Assembly: GCA_016184345.1 (NCBI GenBank)
Contig: JACPCV010000004.1
Coordinates: forward strand, 54,453 to 118,452
DNA length: 64,000 bases
From: Candidatus Woesearchaeota archaeon
Lineage (GTDB): Archaea > Nanobdellota > Nanobdellia > Woesearchaeales > UBA10216
Direction of reading: 5' to 3'
Shown here in pieces: positions 47,898-56,304 of this stretch (position 1 is the first letter of the stretch; each line of letters starts with the position of its first letter). The translations under genes were made by a program, and so were the position numbers. The notes beneath the pieces are model-generated. The model ran no database searches and was not told the DNA's origin. It worked only from the letters and a program-made list of their open reading frames with translations.

Positions 47898-49448
47898 TTA
47901 AAAGTGTCCTATTTTCTTTTGACTTTCCCTCTTTGTTGATAAATCTTTAATTCCTTGCGCTTCTTTGAATGGCATATAGCTACTCGGTAATCTTAATCTC
48001 GTATCATCTAAAAATTCTTTAATGGTAATTATTTGTATTTTTGGATATTCTTCTTCCATCATCCCAATTTTAAAGAAGCCTTCCTTATTCGCTTCTTCTT
48101 TCATTGGCTTTGTTGGGTCTTCCAAAGTTATGAGAACCCCTCCAATAGCTTTTTCCCTTTTCATATCACCATTTAAAGCAGAAATATCCTTCCTTTGAAC
48201 CCCGCCGCTCTTAACCTGAATAAGAATTTTCTCAAAGTCCTTTTCAGAAGTTCTTATGATAACATACCCGTCTATTCCTTCATCGGCACTTTTCTTTTTT
48301 GAAGGGATTGCATTAACTAAACTTAAAGCCCAATATTGAAATTCAAACCTGTTTTTTAAAGCGAGTTCTTTTGCACCCCCAACGTCTTTCGGAATACCAT
48401 CAAGACTAATCTTTATGCCTTTTTCAAATAAGTGAAATTGTTTTTCTAACCTGCTTTTAATAAGAGTAATGGCTAATGTTGTAATGTCAATTCCGACCCA
48501 TTTTCTATCTAAATGTTCAGCAACAGAAACCGTAGTTCCACAACCGCAAAAAGGGTCAAGAATAACATCGCCCTTATTTGAACTTACACGGATAATTCGT
48601 TCCAAAAGTGCCTCTGGTTTTTGAGTGGGATAACCTAAAACTTCTTGGTCTCTTTTCAAAGTCATCATATCAATACCGTGCAAAGGCTTTACATCACCCC
48701 ACCAATCCCTCAAAGGATAGCCTTTTGCCTCATCTAAATATTGCCTATACCTCCCCCCACTTCCATCAGGTTGTAATTGAAAAAGCCTTCCTTTTTCGTC
48801 TATGTGCGTAAAATACATTTTTATATAATTATCATCATAAGGGGTAAATTGTATGTTAAAAGTGTATTCGCTACTCTTCGTATAAAAGAAAATTATGTCG
48901 TGCTTTCTTGAATATTTCTTAGCTTTCGGGCTTTCCCTTCCACTATAACACCATGCGATTTCATTCCTAAAATTGTTTTTATCAAATATGCTGTCTAAAA
49001 TTATTTTTAGATAATGGCTTGCGGTTGGGTCGCAATGTAAGTAAATAGACCCTGTTTTTTTCAAAACCCTATGCAGTTCTATTAATCTTATTGTCATCAT
49101 TACTAAATAAGCCATCATATCGTTTTCGCCTAAAATCTTCTTAAATCCTTGAATTAAATCAGAAATCTCAGTGTTTATTTTTGTTTTAGAAGGTCTTGTG
49201 CCTATCAGTTCTTCAAAAGTTCTTTCTGCCTCTTCCGTCCAATGCCATGTATCATCAAAAGCTTTCAGTTGTGCACCATTTTTAACAAGCCCTTCTTTAA
49301 ACAGAATATTGTATGCTCTATTGGAATTAAATGGCGGGTCAAGATAAATCAGGTCAATGCATTCATCTGAAAATCTATCTCTTAATACTTCAAGATTATC
49401 GCCAAAAAATAAGGTTCTATTTTCCATTAAGCTTATTTTTTGCACCAT
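47898..49448 (-). CDS. Beta-class DNA amino-methyltransferase fused to a C-terminal Mrr-like PD-(D/E)xK nuclease domain
   Basis: 516 aa. DPPFNSNRAYN (motif IV) then DPFCGCGTT (motif I). C-terminal ~180 aa carry ADEGIDGYVI and ILIQVKSG, resembling the Mrr catalytic GIDG / Q-x-K motifs. Confidence 0.7.
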   Translation of the reverse strand: MVQKISLMENRTLFFGDNLEVLRDRFSDECIDLIYLDPPFNSNRAYNILFKEGLVKNGAQLKAFDDTWHWTEEAERTFEELIGTRPSKTKINTEISDLIQGFKKILGENDMMAYLVMMTIRLIELHRVLKKTGSIYLHCDPTASHYLKIILDSIFDKNNFRNEIAWCYSGRESPKAKKYSRKHDIIFFYTKSSEYTFNIQFTPYDDNYIKMYFTHIDEKGRLFQLQPDGSGGRYRQYLDEAKGYPLRDWWGDVKPLHGIDMMTLKRDQEVLGYPTQKPEALLERIIRVSSNKGDVILDPFCGCGTTVSVAEHLDRKWVGIDITTLAITLIKSRLEKQFHLFEKGIKISLDGIPKDVGGAKELALKNRFEFQYWALSLVNAIPSKKKSADEGIDGYVIIRTSEKDFEKILIQVKSGGVQRKDISALNGDMKREKAIGGVLITLEDPTKPMKEEANKEGFFKIGMMEEEYPKIQIITIKEFLDDTRLRLPSSYMPFKEAQGIKDLSTKRESQKKIGHF

Positions 49449-49468
49449 CTTTAAAAACTTTCTTTTCG

Positions 49469-49663
49469 CTACTTTGTTTCTATTAAATCTACTCTTGTTT
49501 TATCGTTTTTGCTTATGACTATTTTTCCTTTTTTTATCTCGGCTTCTAAGTCTTGTCCTTCTTTCCAACCTATTTTATCAATAAGAAAATTAGGGATTAC
49601 TATCCAATGTTTTTGATATGCTTTTCCCTTGTATTCTCGGCTTTTTTGCTTTAATAGTCGCAT
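49469..49663 (-). CDS. AbrB/SpoVT-like small DNA-binding protein
   Basis: 64 aa, HWIVIPNFLIDKIGWKEGQDLEAEIKKGKIVISK. Divergent from the transposase gene across a motif-rich 117-bp spacer. Confidence 0.4.
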   Translation of the reverse strand: MRLLKQKSREYKGKAYQKHWIVIPNFLIDKIGWKEGQDLEAEIKKGKIVISKNDKTRVDLIETK

Positions 49664-49667
49664 AAGA

Positions 49668-49775
49668 AGTCTTAGATACCTACCCCTTTATAAGCATTTC
49701 GGTATCTAAACATATAGTTCCGATTAACTCTCTTTAGGTATCGAAATGTTTATATACTTGCTTAGATACCTAATA
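49668..49775. promoter_or_regulatory. Four copies of an AGATACC/GGTATCT motif in the divergent intergenic spacer
   Basis: cttagatacct at 49671-49681 and 49761-49771 (direct). Inverted ggtatct at 49701-49707 and ggtatcg near 49737-49743. Confidence 0.45.
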
Positions 49776-49779
49776 CGCT

Positions 49780-50661
49780 ATGGAAATGCAAACAAAATGC
49801 GTCTTTTGCAAAGCCACCAACTATATCAAGTGGGGTACTCGCAAAACAGAGAACAGGGGTAGTATTCAGAGGTATAAATGCCTGTCTTGTAAGAAGCGAT
49901 TTACTAATGATGATGGTTTTTACAGGATGCGAAATAGCGAAGAGAAGATTACAGCAGCTATTGACCTTTACTTTTCTAACTTGTCCAGTAGGAAGGTTAG
50001 GAACCACTTTAGAAGGCATTGGAACCATAATGCCAGTCATATGAGCATACTTGATTGGTGCCGAAGATACACCCTTAAAATCCAAAAATACGTGGCTACA
50101 ATGCAGCCACAGCTAAGTGGGCAGTTCTATATGGACGAAACCGAAATAGACAGAGGCAGGGGAAATGATGTTTTTTGGTGTAACGTGGACTGGGGAACAC
50201 GATTCATTAACTCAACAATGTATAGTCCTCACAATCAAACTGTAGAGGATGCTGCTACTTTCCTTAAAGCTACTGTTGCCAAAGGACTGCCAAAATACAT
50301 TCAGACAGATGCGGGTGTTTTTTACCCACAGGCATTTCAAAAGACCTTCTACTCAAGTAAAGCACAAGGTTTGACAGTAGAACACCGCATCCAGAACTAC
50401 CACAAAACAGGCAAGCACAACGTAAGGATTGAAACCGTCTTTATGAAGGTCAAAGACCGAGTGGACGATTTTAGAGGGCTTAAAGCCCTATGGAGTGCTC
50501 CGATACTAATGCAGGGCATAATATTACAGCATAACTTCATAGAAGCACACACAACAACAGGAAAAGTGCCTTCAGAATTAGCAGGTCTTAAACTGGAGGC
50601 AGGACAAAACAGATGGCTTGGAATGATAAAGTTGGCTTCGTCGGGAACAAAAGGTTTATAA
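49780..50661 (+). mobile_element. DDE transposase with N-terminal zinc ribbon, IS6-like
   Basis: 293 aa. CVFCKATN...YKCLSCKK zinc finger, then FYMDETEIDRGRG...NVDWGTRFI, resembling the DETY(V/I)K and D..R core of IS6-family enzymes. No matching terminal inverted repeats found. Confidence 0.5.
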
Positions 50662-50705
50662 ATAACGTTATATTAACGTTAAATAAACGTTATGAGGACG
50701 TTAAG

Positions 50706-50882
50706 ATGTATGTTCCAAAAGGTAAGCGGAAATTTTTTATAACTGTAAGAGAAGTCAGAGCAGATAACGTTTTAGGGGATTCAGAGTCGTTTTCGGTTTA
50801 TGATTCAGAAGTAAGAATGACCAGAAGAGAGCTTGTAGATTTTTTGACTCAAAAGATTAACGAGACGGATAAAGATGTTTGA
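50706..50882 (+). CDS. Small hypothetical protein, first gene of the unknown island operon
   Basis: The internal ATG (MYVPKGKRKFFITVREV...) has a GAGGA RBS 8 nt upstream. The ORF-track start at 50613 extends into the transposase gene. Confidence 0.25.
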   Translation: MYVPKGKRKFFITVREVRADNVLGDSESFSVYDSEVRMTRRELVDFLTQKINETDKDV

Positions 50883-51519
50883 ACTAATAAAATTCGTAGG
50901 CGTAATTTGGGATTACTACGATAACACTAACACACTTATAAGAATTTTGAAAACAATTTGGCGATACGTGAATTTCTGGAAATGGTTTATTCAAAATCCA
51001 AAAATTAGAATGAAATATGGAAGATTAATTAATGCAAAAGGAAACTACAATGATAGCTTATTAAAAATAAAATCAAAACTAAAATCTGGCGATTATGAAT
51101 TTAGTGACGGCGTAATAGAGCATGATAATAAATTACTTTTTGAATTTAAGGATACCAGATTAGGTTATCAAATAAAATTTTATCCATTAAAAGAAAATTC
51201 TCATCATATCAAAATAAGCACAATATTCTACACACTCTTTCCTTTTCGTGAATTAACTACCATTAATGATATTAAGAAGGATTTTTATCGTCTTTGTGAA
51301 TTAATAAGAACATTAATTAAGATGCAAGGAAACGAAAACGAAACTATATTTTTAGAAGTTGGAGTAAAAAATAAAAATTCCATCAGGTCAAGTTTTGATT
51401 ATAAAGATGTTCACGTAACATTCTTAGATGAAAAAATCCAGATTGATAATACGTATGGTTCAGAATTTGACCAGATAATTCTTCTTATTTTAACAAGATG
51501 GCTGATAGACCGTAACTAA
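50875..51519 (+). CDS. Hypothetical 214-aa protein (AT-rich, island)
   Basis: Overlaps the upstream small ORF by 8 nt, so operon-like. No recognisable motif. Confidence 0.4.
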   Translation: MFELIKFVGVIWDYYDNTNTLIRILKTIWRYVNFWKWFIQNPKIRMKYGRLINAKGNYNDSLLKIKSKLKSGDYEFSDGVIEHDNKLLFEFKDTRLGYQIKFYPLKENSHHIKISTIFYTLFPFRELTTINDIKKDFYRLCELIRTLIKMQGNENETIFLEVGVKNKNSIRSSFDYKDVHVTFLDEKIQIDNTYGSEFDQIILLILTRWLIDRN

Positions 51520-52286
51520 TGAGAATAATCTTCGTAACCTTGAGATACTTCGGGTAATTCAGTTTGAACTTCCGATTTTTGAACATAGTCAGAATAAGGC
51601 AGGAAAATTGTTGTAAGTTCTTTAAGCAACAAGATTTCTTCATCTGAGTTCTTCAGAATAATGTGTTTTAACAAAGAACCAGATTTAAAGATGGCAACTT
51701 TAATCCTTTTTCCTATTTTTGATAAGACCTCAACACCTATCCCCTCTCTTTCTGAAGGGGCTGTTATAAACTTGAGGTCTTCATCAATTTCTTCCCCATA
51801 TTGACCTTGATATTTTATGTTACCTTCTTCCCTGACACCGTTAAACCAGATATTATCAAATTCGCCCTTTCTTTTAGCTTCAAGGACTAATTGCGGTTTA
51901 AAACTAACTGGGCGAATCTTTTTACCTGATTCATATAAAATCTTACTTAAAATCTCAATACCGAATAAACTAGCTTTTTCTTTTGATTCAAATAAAATAA
52001 CATCAATATCAGGAAATATTGTAAAATTTAATTCGTCCTTGAGAAAAATGGGCTTTTCTTTTAAAATTGGCATATAATTATCCTCAATCTCATAATCATA
52101 GTCCATATACCGCCTTTTAACAAGAATTGTTCCACTAATAAACTTTCTTTTTTCTGAAATAAGAGGTTTGCCAGCAATTCTCACTTCTTTAATCCTATCA
52201 GAATCAATTGATTTATAGTTAAAACCGATTAATTTCTTCTCGGCTTCTTTCTTAGTTATTTTAAGACATTTTGTAATAAACGCCAT
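51516..52286 (-). CDS. Hypothetical 256-aa protein (AT-rich, island)
   Basis: Convergent with the 50875 gene, 3' ends overlap by 4 nt. No recognisable motif. Confidence 0.4.
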   Translation of the reverse strand: MAFITKCLKITKKEAEKKLIGFNYKSIDSDRIKEVRIAGKPLISEKRKFISGTILVKRRYMDYDYEIEDNYMPILKEKPIFLKDELNFTIFPDIDVILFESKEKASLFGIEILSKILYESGKKIRPVSFKPQLVLEAKRKGEFDNIWFNGVREEGNIKYQGQYGEEIDEDLKFITAPSEREGIGVEVLSKIGKRIKVAIFKSGSLLKHIILKNSDEEILLLKELTTIFLPYSDYVQKSEVQTELPEVSQGYEDYSH

Positions 52287-52331
52287 ATTCCATAACTTAA
52301 AAATATGGGTATATAAACCTTTATCACTTGT

Positions 52332-52362
52332 CAGTTTACCAAACGTTTACTTTATAGCCAAC
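52332..52362 (-). repeat. Island boundary repeat C (inverted copy of B), inner right
   Basis: Reverse complement gttggctataaagtaaacgtttggtaaactg vs B gctgtaaggttagcgtttggtaagca. Confidence 0.65.
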
Positions 52363-52364
52363 AA

Positions 52365-52697
52365 TCATTTGCCTTTTAGTAGTTTATTTACTGTTGGTAG
52401 GCTTTTTTTAACTTCATCCAACAACTTAAGTTGAACCTCAAGTGGCAGGACTGGAGCGATTATGGTTTCAATAACTACCTTAAGCCGCTTAACATAGAAC
52501 TCTACACCCTCCTTTTTCCCAGCAGCAACTAACGCTTCAGACAGGTCATAAACTGCTTTTTGAATCCGCTGAAACTCTGGCTTAAGACTTTGCTCTACTA
52601 CTCCCCGAGCAACTTCCTCTTCAGGCACGCCCAGCATAGCAGCCAGCTCCTTACGCTTCTGCTTATAAAAATCCGTTTGCTCCTTATCCCACTCCAT
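52365..52697 (-). CDS. Hypothetical 110-aa helical protein between inner and outer right repeats
   Basis: Normal GC. Lies between repeats C and D. Confidence 0.4.
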   Translation of the reverse strand: MEWDKEQTDFYKQKRKELAAMLGVPEEEVARGVVEQSLKPEFQRIQKAVYDLSEALVAAGKKEGVEFYVKRLKVVIETIIAPVLPLEVQLKLLDEVKKSLPTVNKLLKGK

Positions 52698-52752
52698 AAA
52701 GAGTCAAAAGAACAAGCTAAAGATAAAAAGCTTCCCATCCCTAACCAAGAAG

Positions 52753-52785
52753 CTACCACCCGTTTACTTTACAGCCCACTAACGC
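52753..52785 (-). repeat. Island boundary repeat D (inverted copy of A), outer right
   Basis: Reverse complement gcgttagtgggctgtaaagtaaacgggtggtag vs A gagctgtaaggttagcgggtggtaag. Both share the gggtgg variant. Confidence 0.65.
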
Positions 52786-52842
52786 TTGGCATTTGTTCCT
52801 TATTGGTATCCCTTCTATGCTAGCGTCAGATAAACTTCAGAA

Positions 52843-53361
52843 CTACACAACCTTTACTTCTTTTATCGGGAAATATCTCTGGATTATGGATTCCATGTTC
52901 CTGAGGTTCCTGCCGGAACGGCCGATGAGGTAGCCGCGGCTTTCTGACGACTCCGGGGTTATTGTGATTATGCCGTCTGAAACTGAAATGTCCCTTGCCT
53001 TGGAGGGCTGGATGAGGCCGGCCACGAACTGCACAAGGTCGTCGGAGAACTCTGCTATCTTGACTTTCCTTTTCAGGGCTTCCTCAATGCGCTTCACGTT
53101 TGCGCCTCCTTTCCCGACAGCAAGGCCGTACTGCGCTGGCTCAACCACGAAAACGAGAAGGCTGTTCTGGTCAACAAAGCAGTCCTTCAGCCTGGCTTTT
53201 GTAGCTGCCTCAAAGAAGGACATCAGCTTCATCAGCGTATTGTCATACTTTATTTTCTGCATCTTATCATGAGAATCAGCGGCAGCAGCCATCATCAACG
53301 ACCATTCACGGATATTTATCTCAAAACGCCCACTACAGATATGGAGAACGGCTTCTTGCAC
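52843..53361 (-). CDS. nusA: Transcription elongation/termination factor NusA (archaeal, KH domains)
   Basis: GLAVGKGGANVKRIE and LIGRSGRNLRNME KH motifs. The likely start is the internal Met at ~53262 (MQKIKYD...), which avoids overlap with L30e. Confidence 0.75.
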   Translation of the reverse strand: MQEAVLHICSGRFEINIREWSLMMAAAADSHDKMQKIKYDNTLMKLMSFFEAATKARLKDCFVDQNSLLVFVVEPAQYGLAVGKGGANVKRIEEALKRKVKIAEFSDDLVQFVAGLIQPSKARDISVSDGIITITPESSESRGYLIGRSGRNLRNMESIIQRYFPIKEVKVV

Positions 53362-53579
53362 ATGACGCCGAGCTCATCATTCGGAATTTCAAGCTGCACA
53401 ACCTCGCAGCCGGCATCAGGACCGTACTGGCCAAGGCTGTCCTTCACCGAAGGGAGCGAGTTTGACGCGACAAATACCTTTGCAAGCTTGTTTTGCTTCA
53501 GCATCTTCATGACCTCGGCAGTGCCTATTACGAGCTTGCCGCCCTGCACGTGCTTCCTCAATTCAGTAATGGCTTCCAT
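53316..53579 (-). CDS. rpl30e: 50S ribosomal protein L30e
   Basis: 87 aa. Conserved position after rpoA''. GKLVIGTAEVMKMLKQNKLAKVFVASN signature. Confidence 0.85.
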   Translation of the reverse strand: MEAITELRKHVQGGKLVIGTAEVMKMLKQNKLAKVFVASNSLPSVKDSLGQYGPDAGCEVVQLEIPNDELGVMCKKPFSISVVGVLR

Positions 53580-53586
53580 CTTTCAT

Positions 53587-56289
53587 TCACGCCTTAGCTT
53601 CCTGCCTTTTTGAAACCAGCTTCGGGAGGCCAGTTCCAACTGGCACGGGCTGGTTCAGCATTACATTCTCAACAACTGAAGTCAGGTTGTCAACCTCTCC
53701 GTAAAGGCTTGCATTTATTATGTGCTTTATGGGAGTCTCAAAACTGGCACGGGCAAGGACGCTTGCCTTGTCCCTTACAACACCGTACCTTGTTATGCCC
53801 TTTACCTTGCCGTCAGCGCACATGACATCGGCAACAAGCATCAAATGACGGATGTCAACGTTAAGGCCCTGGGTCTCAATGACCTTGTAAACCTCATCAA
53901 TCACTGCCTGCCTTGCAGCCTCTATGCCAAGGGTTTCCTCAATCTCAAAAACATCATTAGTTGTTGTCCTTGTCTCGTCAACGAACGGCAGCTGGAGCAC
54001 CTTCTTCAGGTTTGAGCCGAACGTGAGTATGACATACTCATTGTTCTTCCTGACAGGAAGCACCTGAGACACCCCCCTGACTCCCCTGACAAAGGTCTCC
54101 TTGGCCTTCTCCTTGAGCTTGAATATGTCGCTCACCCCGCCTTCCTTTGCCTTTACCTTGAGGATAAGGGTATCGCTTTTTATGTCAACGTGAACGCCCT
54201 TGACGCCAACCTTGAGCGCCTTGGCAAGCGTGACCTCGTTAATGCCAAGCTCCTTCATCTTGCCTGTATCAAGCTGCACCTCAATCCTGTTGTCAGCAAC
54301 ATTGATTGAGAACTCCAGGGCTATGTCCTTGAGCTTGGTCTCCTTAACCATCAGCGCAACCTTCTTGATGTCCTGGCCCTCGGAGTAGGGCTTCTTGAGG
54401 TAAATCTCCATCATCGGGGTAGTCAGGTTTTTCCTTCCATCCAGGATTTCAATAATCCTCGGCAGTCCCATGGTGACGTTCATCTCTGAAACGCCTGCGA
54501 AGTGGAACGTGTCCAGAGTGTTGTGGGTTACGATGCCGTCAAAGGTTGTGAAGGTCTCTGTATCTTCCACAGAGAAGTCATAGACGTGTACCGCAGTTGG
54601 TTTCACATAATCCAGCGCCACTATTTCGTCCCACACAACATCAGCATCCAACATCCTTTTAATTACGCCCAGTTCTTCGCTGATGTCAGCACTCTTTTTT
54701 GCTGCAAGCGCCGAGAAATTTTCGGCATACCTTGCAAGCGCTGCCCTTCCCACCTTCTGCTTCCTTGTCAGCTTGGTTACCAGCCTGCTTGGAAGCCCAA
54801 GCTTCTGGCCAAGCGCTGCAAACAGCTGCCCGTAGCCGGGAATCATGTCAATTACGTCATAACTTTTTCCCCTCACCTCAGCCGCTTCCAGCTTTTCAGC
54901 CAGCTTAACCAGCGCGGCCCTCTTTTCAGGAATCATTGAGCCAATCTTTTCCAAAAACTTTTTGCCGTACCTGTAGGAAATGGAAAGCCAGCACTGGCCC
55001 TTCTTATCCGAATTCTTTACAGAAAATATTCCCAGCCGCGTGAGCAGCAAAGAAATTCCGTCAATAAGCTCCTCAGAATTGGAGCTGGCCCTTATCACAT
55101 TTCTAATGACGCTTACATTTCCGTCGCCGTCAAAATACGCCTGCAGCAGGCTGGCGATGAAATCCTCATTGGCATCGTAAGCGAATGCGGGAATTTTCTT
55201 GTTGTCTGATTTCTTGCCGCAGACCAGCCTAAGAAGGTCTGCAAGCACTGTTGAGTGCATCCATAAGGTGGTGCTTGGCCCGAATTCGCCCATTTCGCGC
55301 TTGACGTTATAGCCGACTTTGTACTTGCCTGCGAACTGCACAGCCATTGCCAAATACTCTTCTGACACGTTGGAAATGCCTACAGAGTTCTCGACGTGAA
55401 CGCCTTCCGCGAGGTAAGCGCCAACAAGCCAGCCAAACGAGCTGTCAAGGGGCATGACTTCATGTATCTGAGCTCTGCCGTGGTTCTGGTAAGGGTAAAC
55501 AAAGCCTTCCTGGACTAAAACCTGGTTAGCTGAATTGGCGTAATTATTTATCTGCTCGTACTTCAAGGGAATTGTGGCTGCGCTGTGCAGCCTGCTGTTG
55601 CTCTCAATGGCTTTTTTAAGCTCGCTGCCATAGACATACCTTTCTTTTGGCAGGAACTCTTCAATTGCAAGCAAGTCTTTCGATCCGGCAATGGCAAGCT
55701 TCCTAAGCGCTGGAATCCTGGCGCCAACTTTTAAGCTGGAGCCTGCAACAGGCTTAACCTTGTTGTCGTCTCTTATGACAAAGGAGTGGTATGGCGTGGC
55801 TACAATCTGCCTTCCGGAAGCGGTTGTTATCCTCAACAGCTTGGAAGGAGCCGTGTGCCTGCTGACCGCAGTAATCCTGCGCCACACTATTTTCTCATCC
55901 TTGCCTAAGCTGGGCACAAACACATTGCCAGCAAGCTGGCAGACCGATGTTTGCTCGTGATTAGCCAGCTCCTTGAAGCCGTAAAACGCCATGGCGGCAT
56001 CAACGAACCTTCCAATCTCCACCGCTTTAACGCCCTGCTCGACCTTAATAATGACCTTTTCCGCATAGTCGACTGACATCTGCGTTCCTGGCTCGCCTAT
56101 GGACTCCGCAGCAACCAGGCCGACAGACTCGCCTGCCTCAACCTTCATTCCAGAGTACTCGTCAGCAATGCTCTTGGCAATCTCCTTTGCCCTTGAGTCT
56201 GAAACCTTTTCAGGCATTGCCGCAACTACCTCTGCATAGAGCCCTGGCGGAAGGGTGCCCTGAAGTTCCTTCAAAATGCTGGTTGCCAT
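53587..56289 (-). CDS. rpoA2: DNA-directed RNA polymerase subunit A'' interrupted by an intein
   Basis: 900 aa, against ~380 aa for a typical A''. Exteins: N-terminal 71 aa ending GEPGTQM; C-terminal 310 aa starting TLDTFHFAGVSEMN. Confidence 0.9.
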   Translation of the reverse strand: MATSILKELQGTLPPGLYAEVVAAMPEKVSDSRAKEIAKSIADEYSGMKVEAGESVGLVAAESIGEPGTQMSVDYAEKVIIKVEQGVKAVEIGRFVDAAMAFYGFKELANHEQTSVCQLAGNVFVPSLGKDEKIVWRRITAVSRHTAPSKLLRITTASGRQIVATPYHSFVIRDDNKVKPVAGSSLKVGARIPALRKLAIAGSKDLLAIEEFLPKERYVYGSELKKAIESNSRLHSAATIPLKYEQINNYANSANQVLVQEGFVYPYQNHGRAQIHEVMPLDSSFGWLVGAYLAEGVHVENSVGISNVSEEYLAMAVQFAGKYKVGYNVKREMGEFGPSTTLWMHSTVLADLLRLVCGKKSDNKKIPAFAYDANEDFIASLLQAYFDGDGNVSVIRNVIRASSNSEELIDGISLLLTRLGIFSVKNSDKKGQCWLSISYRYGKKFLEKIGSMIPEKRAALVKLAEKLEAAEVRGKSYDVIDMIPGYGQLFAALGQKLGLPSRLVTKLTRKQKVGRAALARYAENFSALAAKKSADISEELGVIKRMLDADVVWDEIVALDYVKPTAVHVYDFSVEDTETFTTFDGIVTHNTLDTFHFAGVSEMNVTMGLPRIIEILDGRKNLTTPMMEIYLKKPYSEGQDIKKVALMVKETKLKDIALEFSINVADNRIEVQLDTGKMKELGINEVTLAKALKVGVKGVHVDIKSDTLILKVKAKEGGVSDIFKLKEKAKETFVRGVRGVSQVLPVRKNNEYVILTFGSNLKKVLQLPFVDETRTTTNDVFEIEETLGIEAARQAVIDEVYKVIETQGLNVDIRHLMLVADVMCADGKVKGITRYGVVRDKASVLARASFETPIKHIINASLYGEVDNLTSVVENVMLNQPVPVGTGLPKLVSKRQEAKA
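54520..56076 (-). other. Intein (519 aa) with LAGLIDADG homing-endonuclease domain inside rpoA''
   Basis: Starts with Ser (SVDYAEKVIIKV, block A) and has block B GRQIVATPYHSF. Two LAGLIDADG motifs (GWLVGAYLAEG, LLQAYFDGDG). Ends VTHN followed by Thr +1. Confidence 0.8.
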
Positions 56290-56304
56290 TTGTTTACACC
56301 GTTC

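Noticed and set aside
50613-50705. N-terminal extension of the small island ORF overlapping the transposase 3' end
   Set aside because: The internal ATG with a GAGGA RBS is more plausible. The extension would require translation through the transposase stop region.
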